Positions 34,423 to 40,988 of a DNA stretch of 40,988 bases are shown in pieces. The stretch spans positions 1 to 40,988 of the IMG/VR virus record IMGVR_UViG_3300024284_000006; one strand, written 5' to 3'. Under the pieces are notes generated by a model. That model was not told the DNA's origin. It saw only the letters and a list, made by a program, of their open reading frames with translations, and did not search any database. The position numbers and the translations under genes are program-made. Origin of the DNA: a virus. Lineage: Duplodnaviria; Caudoviricetes. The first letter of the stretch is position 1; every line of letters begins with the position of its first letter.

Positions 34423-35074
34423 CGATACCCAAGTTACCATTGAAGTTTCGAAGAAGGCGATAGCCTCAGAACTTCGTGCTGCCAAGAAAGAGCTGTTGGA
34501 AACCCAAGAAAAGGCCAAGAAGACAGCCCAAGAGTTTTTTAGGCACCGACAAGCGCAGGAAGATATAGTTTCTAAGGTCGAAGCGGAGATTGAAGATCTG
34601 CAGTACACCAAAAAAGTGCTTTTGCAGACCAATACTGATCTTGCTATTGAAAACAGGGAGCTTAAGAGTGCGATCACTGTATTACAGGCTGACAGCCAGA
34701 TGCTAAAAGAGGATGAGCGTGAACTGAACAAAAGACTTGTTGACTTACGGGAAGCTGAGAAGACACTTGCACAACAAAAGTCTGACTTAGACGCTGAAAT
34801 TGAAGATCACGAGAACGCTTTGGAGTCGTTTGTAGTTGAAGCTGACGCAAAAAGACAGCAATTGGAGCAAAGTATAGTGGCGTTGGAGCTCAAAAAGCAG
34901 GATCTTGCTAACGAGATCATTGAGAACAGGGCTCAAGACGATAAGGTAAGAGATAATTTGGCGCAGTGGGAACAAAAGCTTGCGGATTCAGATAAGAATT
35001 TGCGGATTCGGGAAGCGCGAGTCAATCAACAAGAGTCGGCGATAGCCCGCAACTACAACCTGCTTCAGCTCTGA
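34298..35074 (+). CDS. Long coiled-coil protein
   Basis: Heptad-rich E/K/Q/L sequence; probable start MKKPSP overlaps the upstream gene by 125 nt. Confidence 0.7.
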   Translation: MKKPSPNLDSQIKAQEQKLSILQTTVKASEKEWADRKRQIADDTQVTIEVSKKAIASELRAAKKELLETQEKAKKTAQEFFRHRQAQEDIVSKVEAEIEDLQYTKKVLLQTNTDLAIENRELKSAITVLQADSQMLKEDERELNKRLVDLREAEKTLAQQKSDLDAEIEDHENALESFVVEADAKRQQLEQSIVALELKKQDLANEIIENRAQDDKVRDNLAQWEQKLADSDKNLRIREARVNQQESAIARNYNLLQL

Positions 35075-35075
35075 T

Positions 35076-35123
35076 TGTGGTATAATGCAGGATAATAGGA
35101 CAGCCCTTCGCGGGCTGTTTTTT
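35076..35123 (+). promoter_or_regulatory. Promoter with promoter-proximal AGGACAGCCC terminator
   Basis: TGTGG-TATAAT (35081-35086), 10 nt, then AGGACAGCCC-TTCGC-GGGCTGT-TTTTT; hairpin identical to the copy at 2339. Confidence 0.8.
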
Positions 35124-35126
35124 GTT

Positions 35127-36710
35127 ATGAAATATATTTCTCCTAACCACAGGGAATCGCTCTCCGCAACGTCTAGCCTTAACGGTCAGAACGAGTACGT
35201 TACAAGCACGAACCACGCGCTAGATGTTAATGCAACGGTGAGCGGAAGCGTGACTATACCCGGGGTTTCCACGGCGACGAATCAAACAAATGGGTCGCAA
35301 TTAACGCAGATTGTTGATGCTGGCGGTGAAGCCGTGACAGTAACTGGCGGTAAGCTTGATGTCAATGCCACGGTATCTGGCGGATCTGGTACGTCAAGCA
35401 TAGATAAGTCGGCTTTTACTGTTGGATCTGACTCGGGCACACCGGCAATGGGGGTATATCAGAGCAGTCTGGATACTCTTTCTAACGGCACGACTGCTTT
35501 GTTCGGCATGACTAATAAGCGCGCCATATTTGCAAATCTGCAGACATCTGGCGGGACTGAGACGGGAGTGGCGGCTACACCGTTACAGGTATCTCTGGCG
35601 AATACGGGGGCTAACGCTACGGCAGTCAAAGTCGACGGTTCCGCTGTGACCCAACCAGTAAGCGGAACGGTCAGTATCCAGGCTAACGCGTCAGTCAACC
35701 TCTCGCAGGTAGCCGGACAGACGGCGATAAGTTCGGGTGTGAACGGCTCTCAGGCTGTGGGTGGTGATACGGCGAGTGCGGCGGCGGATGCGGGCAATCC
35801 TGTAAAAATAGGTGGTAAGGTCAACACGACACTTCCGACCTTCACTGACGGACAGCGCGGTGACTTGCAACTAGGTATACGCGGGGCGGCACTTGTACAG
35901 ATTATGGGTGCTGGCTCGACTACTGGAGCGGCAGCGAGTGCTAGTGGTGCAGATGGCAAATCTAACTCTACTGCTGGAATAAATGTCTATACGTTACCTA
36001 GCGTTTTTAATAGTTCTACATGGGACAGAACGGTATCGGTCGTAAATGCCACAAACTCTACAGGTACTGGTATCGCTGCGGCGGGTATCCTGGCGCAGTT
36101 TGATGATGTCTCGCCTACGTCTATCACTGAGAACCAATTCGGTAATATACGCATGTCGGCAAACCGTAATGTATATGGGACTATCCGTGACGCTGCCGGG
36201 AATGAACGGGGTGTGAATGTAACATCTGGAAATTCGTTGCAAGCAGACCTGACCACTATAGCCGGTACTGGAGCAGTAACCGGACATGGTACTGCCACTG
36301 GCGCGCTACGCGTAGAACTGCCGACGGATGGTACGGGGCTTGTCAACGCCGCTCAGAACGGTACGTGGACAGTACAACCGGGCAATACGGCGAATACTAC
36401 CGCGTGGTTGGTAAAACAAGACGTATCTTCGTCGGCTACAGAGTCTTCCGTTAACGACACGGCTACCTCTACTACGATTTTGGCGTCAAATTCAGCTAGA
36501 AAGATGGCCCTGGTTGAGAACACTTCAACGGCTGACCTTTACATCCGTTTTAGTTCTAGCGCGGCTACGACTTCTATAGGCGGGTATTCAGTGATTATCC
36601 CTGCGAACGGCGGATATTACGAGCTACCAGTACCTATATACACTGGACAGATAAATGGTATATGGTTAACCGATCCGAATACGGGCGGAGCGAGCATAAC
36701 GGAGTACTAA
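35127..36710 (+). CDS. Large Thr/Ser/Gly-rich fibre-like virion protein
   Basis: Start MKYISP after the terminator; repeated beta modules. Confidence 0.7.
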   Translation: MKYISPNHRESLSATSSLNGQNEYVTSTNHALDVNATVSGSVTIPGVSTATNQTNGSQLTQIVDAGGEAVTVTGGKLDVNATVSGGSGTSSIDKSAFTVGSDSGTPAMGVYQSSLDTLSNGTTALFGMTNKRAIFANLQTSGGTETGVAATPLQVSLANTGANATAVKVDGSAVTQPVSGTVSIQANASVNLSQVAGQTAISSGVNGSQAVGGDTASAAADAGNPVKIGGKVNTTLPTFTDGQRGDLQLGIRGAALVQIMGAGSTTGAAASASGADGKSNSTAGINVYTLPSVFNSSTWDRTVSVVNATNSTGTGIAAAGILAQFDDVSPTSITENQFGNIRMSANRNVYGTIRDAAGNERGVNVTSGNSLQADLTTIAGTGAVTGHGTATGALRVELPTDGTGLVNAAQNGTWTVQPGNTANTTAWLVKQDVSSSATESSVNDTATSTTILASNSARKMALVENTSTADLYIRFSSSAATTSIGGYSVIIPANGGYYELPVPIYTGQINGIWLTDPNTGGASITEY

Positions 36711-36711
36711 A

Positions 36712-37242
36712 ATGCCTCTTTCGTACCCTTTCCCTGATGCAACCTCTACGCTTAAAGGTAAGATACAACTTACCGGAGATTTAGGCGGTACTGCGGCCTC
36801 TCCTACAGTAGTGGGTGCGCAACAAGGAGTAATCTCTGCGGCTGCTCTTTCTACTTCGGCTATTACCTTAGGCTTTGCTTCTTCTACGAGTACATTTACG
36901 CTTTCGTCATCCCAAACCACTCCTACTCAAGTGACGGGACTCTCTATAACGGTAACCATTCCTGCTGGAGGACGTCGAATACGCGTCACTGCCTATACAT
37001 CATCCCTCTCACCAGCCAGTGGAGTTGCGCTGTTGACTATATGGGATGGAACGGTGAATGTAGGCACGCAATTACAGCAATATAATTCTGCGGCAAATAA
37101 TGGGGCGAATTGTCAAGTTATTATAAGCCCTGCCGCAGGGAGTAAGACCTACAACGTAGGTGTCAGCAACTCAGGCCTTAATACTACTACTGTATCGGGT
37201 TCTGCAACAAACCCATCTTTCATACTCGTGGAGGCAATATAG
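36712..37242 (+). CDS. Virion fibre-associated protein
   Basis: PDATSTLKGKIQLTGDLGGTAASPTV fibre motif. Confidence 0.65.
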   Translation: MPLSYPFPDATSTLKGKIQLTGDLGGTAASPTVVGAQQGVISAAALSTSAITLGFASSTSTFTLSSSQTTPTQVTGLSITVTIPAGGRRIRVTAYTSSLSPASGVALLTIWDGTVNVGTQLQQYNSAANNGANCQVIISPAAGSKTYNVGVSNSGLNTTTVSGSATNPSFILVEAI

Positions 37243-37604
37243 TGCCCTTATATGGAGGAATTAACCAACTTGGGCCTACAATCCCCTCGGTAGAGATTAC
37301 CGGTACGTCGCAGCAGGCTAGTGTGAACACGAAGTATCTGACTAACAATGCCTCGTTGGTCACTATTACGTTACCCGCATCCGCTAACATAGGGGAACAG
37401 GTGTTGGTACGTGGTAAAGGTGCCGGGGGCTGGAAGCTTGTCCAGAACGGCGGGCAAACTATCCATGGGGCTTCGGATACTACGACTGGAACGGGCGGTT
37501 ACTTGGCCTCCCAGACTTCCCGCGATACGGTGACTATCGAGTGCACTACGGCCAATACAGATTTCTTGATCATTGCTGGAAGAGGGACATTGACGTATGG
37601 CTAA
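37242..37604 (+). CDS. Small virion protein
   Basis: VTITLPASANIGEQVLV module. Confidence 0.6.
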   Translation: MPLYGGINQLGPTIPSVEITGTSQQASVNTKYLTNNASLVTITLPASANIGEQVLVRGKGAGGWKLVQNGGQTIHGASDTTTGTGGYLASQTSRDTVTIECTTANTDFLIIAGRGTLTYG

Positions 37605-38106
37605 TCTGATACGAGAAACTGGTAGAGGCTTTGCATCGAGCCTGACGGCTAATTCTTCGCTTTCTAATTCGACTGTTGAGACTACGCTGTTTAGTCAAAC
37701 TATATCTGGTGGTAAGATGGGTACGTCGAAAGCGCTTAAATTTACGCTCTATTGTAGCCTTACTACGCCCGCCCTTGCCGTCCCTACCCTTACGGTCAAG
37801 GTAAAGCTAGGGAGTACAAGTCTGACAGTAATGAGCGGTCTGTCGCTGGCCATAAGCCAGACGAACGCACCATTTAATGTGACGGGTCTTATCGTCAACA
37901 AGAGCGCCCCGAACGCGCAATTTACTTTCTCGCAGATAATCCAGCAATCGGCGTCTATACCGCTTGTCCTGACCTCGGCGCTCGCGGATGCAGACTGGAC
38001 GGTCGATACTACTACTGACCAGTTATTTGCCGTGACTGCCCAGTTCGGTAGTCTGAACGCTACCACTACCTTGACATTCCGCTACGCAGATATAGAATTA
38101 ACCTGA
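37597..38106 (+). CDS. Putative virion protein
   Basis: T/S-rich beta protein in the tail cluster. Confidence 0.55.
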   Translation: MANLIRETGRGFASSLTANSSLSNSTVETTLFSQTISGGKMGTSKALKFTLYCSLTTPALAVPTLTVKVKLGSTSLTVMSGLSLAISQTNAPFNVTGLIVNKSAPNAQFTFSQIIQQSASIPLVLTSALADADWTVDTTTDQLFAVTAQFGSLNATTTLTFRYADIELT

Positions 38107-38115
38107 TATTTATAG

Positions 38116-38157
38116 TATAATGCCTTTAGAGGAAAGCCCCCGCTTGGGGGCTTTTTT
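38116..38157 (+). promoter_or_regulatory. Promoter with promoter-proximal terminator (variant AGGAAAGCCCC)
   Basis: TATAAT, 8 nt, then AGGAAAGCCCC-CGCTTG-GGGGCTTT-TTT. Confidence 0.7.
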
Positions 38158-38170
38158 ATTTGGAGGAGAA

Positions 38171-38419
38171 ATGAAATATATCACTGCTTCTGGCTCTACC
38201 ACGGTAGCTACGACCTGTAATGGACTGCTTGTGCAGGTGAATACTGCACTGACAGGAACGATTACCCTTGCCGCAGGCGGCACGGCATTTGCGGTCATTA
38301 CCAACCCGACGGCGGGCGCGCAGTTCCGCTATAACGGCCTGCGTGGACAAGGGGCTATTACGGTAAATCCAAGCGCGACTACTGATATAACGGTTAGCTT
38401 TTTAAATAGGGACGTGTAA
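38171..38419 (+). CDS. Small virion protein
   Basis: GGAGGAG RBS before MKYITAS. Confidence 0.65.
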   Translation: MKYITASGSTTVATTCNGLLVQVNTALTGTITLAAGGTAFAVITNPTAGAQFRYNGLRGQGAITVNPSATTDITVSFLNRDV

Positions 38420-38613
38420 TGGCCGTAAATGTTCCTGTCACTATCTACAGAGATACGAACGGACTCACTGAATATAGTAGTGACGGCGTTAATGATATTG
38501 TCGATACTCTCGGGAACAATCTGGTGGACCCTTCTGGGAACCAAGTTGTCGATACCGGTGTGGTTGCTACATTGATCCCCGCGACTTCCTGGGAAAAGGA
38601 TGATTCATTATGA
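38419..38613 (+). CDS. Small acidic protein
   Basis: 64 aa, TAATG coupling. Confidence 0.6.
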   Translation: MAVNVPVTIYRDTNGLTEYSSDGVNDIVDTLGNNLVDPSGNQVVDTGVVATLIPATSWEKDDSL

Positions 38614-39593
38614 GTGATATGGTAATTGGCGATTACACCGCTGCGGTAACGGTAGATGGCAGCACGAACTACCTGTTAATCCAACCTGGTAGTAGCTCGA
38701 CCGCGTATAAGAAGATAAACCGAAATGTATTGCTTGGCGTGAGTGGGCAGCCAGCTGATACTAGCACGGCGCAGGCCCTTACGAACAAGACCTTGGGCAA
38801 TACGAACACGGTTACGCTCAAGGATACGCTGTTTACACTCCAAGATGATAGTGATACAACCAAACAAGCGCAATTCCAGCTCTCTGGCCTCACGACCGCC
38901 ACGACCCGAACGTATACAATGCCAAACGCTAACACAACACTGGTAGGGCGCGATACGACTGACACACTGACCAACAAGACATTGACGGCGCCAGCGATTA
39001 CGGGCGGTACGATAGACAATTCTACGGTTACGGTCGACGCCATAGGCGAACATACGGTAAACAACGGCGTAACTATTGATGGCCTGAATATTATGAACGG
39101 CGCGTTAAACACTAATAATTCTGTGGTGACGGCCAATATTACTGACGCGGCAGTGACTCCGGCCAAACTATTGGCCGGTACTGGCTCCGGCTGGGCATGG
39201 ACAACTTATTCTCCCACTTTGAGCAATATAACGATAGGTAATGGAACGGTTGTTGCACGTTATATACAAATTGGCAAGAATGTTTTTGCTCGAATCACTA
39301 TAACATTTGGTTCTACGTCAAGTATGGGAACGAGCCCCACTATAACTTTACCCGTTACTGCGATAAGTGGATATGCTTCGGGAGCAGAGAGTTATGGTAC
39401 ACTTCAGATTCTTCACGTAGGCAACTACGTAGCTTTGGGCATTTTAATAGTTGGAAGTACGACCACTGTTACAGCTGCCGCATTAAGCGCATCAAACACT
39501 TACCTGCAAAACGTGAACATTACTTCTACAGTTCCGTTTACATGGGGAGCAGGTGATGCACTCTACTTCTATATCCAGTATGAGGCGGCCTGA
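38610..39593 (+). CDS. Tail fibre protein
   Basis: QALTNKTL/DTLTNKTL shaft repeats; C-terminal WTTYSPTL..ARYIQIGKNVF tip domain. Confidence 0.75.
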   Translation: MSDMVIGDYTAAVTVDGSTNYLLIQPGSSSTAYKKINRNVLLGVSGQPADTSTAQALTNKTLGNTNTVTLKDTLFTLQDDSDTTKQAQFQLSGLTTATTRTYTMPNANTTLVGRDTTDTLTNKTLTAPAITGGTIDNSTVTVDAIGEHTVNNGVTIDGLNIMNGALNTNNSVVTANITDAAVTPAKLLAGTGSGWAWTTYSPTLSNITIGNGTVVARYIQIGKNVFARITITFGSTSSMGTSPTITLPVTAISGYASGAESYGTLQILHVGNYVALGILIVGSTTTVTAAALSASNTYLQNVNITSTVPFTWGAGDALYFYIQYEAA

Positions 39594-40519
39594 TGATTAC
39601 TTGGACGGAAGCTTGGATTAAGGCTCAGACGATAGCTGGAGATTTTACGCCCACTACTTTGGTGCAATTAAAACAAGACATAAACATCGGGTACCAGCGG
39701 TTTAATGCTGCGTTGGGGCGGTACTTTTCGCGAAAGCAGCAATTTACTGATGTAGTGAACGGCCAGCAGATTTATCAAACGCCGATAGATTGTGTGCGTA
39801 TTATCGGCATGACGGTAGCGGTGTCTAATACCTACCAGACTCCGGTTAAGGAGGTGCGCAGTGAGTTCGAGTGGCGCCAGATTACGGCTTACCCATACAG
39901 TTCGAATTGGCCAGCGTATTACTTCATGATTGGTAACGATGAGTTTGCTTTATGGCCAACGCCTTCGCAGGATGTTACGAATGGTCTGAGATTTTACTAT
40001 CAGCAGCAAGATCATGATTTGTCGATCGAGGATATTACGAGCGCTTCGACGAGTGCAACAGTAACCGTGCAGAACGGGTCTAACCTCGTGACAGCCACAG
40101 CCGGCATATTTACCCCAAATATGGCAAACTTAAGGTTTCAGCTTACAGGAGTAAACGACCTGACCTGGTACGAAATTGTAGGTGTCCCGACCAGTTCTAC
40201 CTTGACACTGAAGTCTGCTTTTGTGGGGCTGACTGGAGTGGCTCAGGCTTGGAGAATCGGGCAAGCGTTTATATTTCCTGATGAGTATGATGACGTGCCA
40301 ATTGACTATGCTTTAGGCAGATTCTTTGAATCGAGGAACAACCCGCAACGGGCTCGATTTTACTATAACGAAGATTCTAACAATTTAGGCAAGTACAATG
40401 CTGCTGTCAAGGACGCTATACAGAAGTACTCGAGTTCAACAGAGGGTAACGTCATATTCGACGATGGCACGTTTACTAACGCCTGGTTCTTGACGCCACT
40501 GCCGCCAATGGGGAGCTGA
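39593..40519 (+). CDS. Head-tail adaptor/tail tubular protein-like
   Basis: 308 aa; ALWPTPS and FPDEYDDVPIDYA adaptor-like motifs; precedes the nozzle gene. Confidence 0.6.
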   Translation: MITWTEAWIKAQTIAGDFTPTTLVQLKQDINIGYQRFNAALGRYFSRKQQFTDVVNGQQIYQTPIDCVRIIGMTVAVSNTYQTPVKEVRSEFEWRQITAYPYSSNWPAYYFMIGNDEFALWPTPSQDVTNGLRFYYQQQDHDLSIEDITSASTSATVTVQNGSNLVTATAGIFTPNMANLRFQLTGVNDLTWYEIVGVPTSSTLTLKSAFVGLTGVAQAWRIGQAFIFPDEYDDVPIDYALGRFFESRNNPQRARFYYNEDSNNLGKYNAAVKDAIQKYSSSTEGNVIFDDGTFTNAWFLTPLPPMGS

Positions 40520-40520
40520 T

Positions 40521-40988
40521 ATGGCTATAAAAGCGTTTGTACAGAGAAATTTCGAGGGTGGTTGGTCGACAGATCTAAAGGTTGGCATTAAGAACAGCTT
40601 TGCTTATTCGCGGGCTATTGATTTTCGTAAAAAACCATCCCAGATAACGGTTTTGCCGCAACCGAGAAGGGAGGACAACGGCGTTCTGAAAGATCTTATT
40701 CAGAACGAGGTGATGGTAAACGATGGGACTATTTATGCCACTGGCAATGCCGGTTTCTTTTACCGTCGTGACTCGGGTACGGGTCAGTGGTCCCTTGAAA
40801 GTAGCATGGTGCCTGGAACGTTTGGTATGGATTATCGCATTGATGCTGATGCCGTATATGTTTGTGGGAGAAAATCGGTCAGTCTGTATCAACCGGTAAG
40901 CGTCTCGCCGTCTATGAAACCGGCCTTTTATTCCTCGTCTTTCTCGACTTATGATAATTCGACCAATGCTGGCTTTAATGTCAACTCT
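40521..40988 (+). CDS. 5' part of the tail nozzle/stabilisation protein (continues at window start)
   Basis: MAIKAFVQRNFEGGWSTD...; open through the junction into ORF 53..1603. Confidence 0.75.
   Translation, partial: MAIKAFVQRNFEGGWSTDLKVGIKNSFAYSRAIDFRKKPSQITVLPQPRREDNGVLKDLIQNEVMVNDGTIYATGNAGFFYRRDSGTGQWSLESSMVPGTFGMDYRIDADAVYVCGRKSVSLYQPVSVSPSMKPAFYSSSFSTYDNSTNAGFNVNS
40862..40988. repeat. Terminal overlap of circular assembly (copy 2)
   Basis: Identical to 1-127. Confidence 0.95.

Noticed and set aside
2339-35123. Repeated AGGACAGCCC hairpins as CRISPR repeats or REP/MITE elements
   Set aside because: Dispersed single copies with no spacers or cas genes, always at a fixed distance from a -10 box and followed by a U-tract
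35085-35126. ORF-track starts at 35085, 38120 and 33542
   Set aside because: These ATGs overlap the TATAAT boxes; downstream starts at 35127, 38171 and 33551 fit better
40862-40988. 127-bp terminal direct repeat as a biological DTR
   Set aside because: Length equals a common assembly k-mer and it falls mid-gene; best explained as circular overlap
1-40988. Stop-codon reassignment, diversity-generating retroelement or retron
   Set aside because: Core genes are intact in code 11 and use TAA, TAG and TGA as stops; no reverse transcriptase or template/variable repeat pair was seen

Overview
The window is a complete, circularly assembled temperate tailed-phage genome of about 40,861 bp. Bases 1-127 repeat exactly at 40862-40988, and one tail gene reads through the junction. 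The layout is podovirus-like: TerS, a GpA-type TerL, portal, scaffold, major capsid, many small Thr/Ser-rich virion genes, adaptor/nozzle and ejection proteins, with no tape measure. It also carries a CHAP endolysin/holin cassette, a leftward early operon (SSAP, HNHs, RNA-ligase-like, YopX, two KGG proteins, split SLT), a XerC-type integrase next to a tRNA-Gln 3' fragment (attP), and a GroES-like/GroEL-like chaperonin operon. A Saccharibacteria/CPR host is suspected but not proven. I could not recognise a CI/Cro repressor, Q/N antiterminator, sigma factor or DNA polymerase. The intergenic DNA is instead dense with apparent RNA-level control elements. (i) Seven promoters are each followed within 7-10 nt by a conserved AGGACAGCCC-type intrinsic terminator. 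(ii) attP separates a strong promoter plus a terminator-complementary leader from the terminator guarding the early operon. (iii) A ~100-nt structured RNA has 17-nt complementarity to the RBS/start of an 11-codon leader ORF coupled to the integrase. (iv) There is a convergent sense/antisense small-RNA pair. (v) A CTAGC-N8-GCTAG operator overlaps four promoters. (vi) A candidate -1 frameshift joins a membrane anchor to the transglycosylase. All protein calls come from motif recognition by eye and all RNA structures from manual pairing; no searches or folding programs were run.
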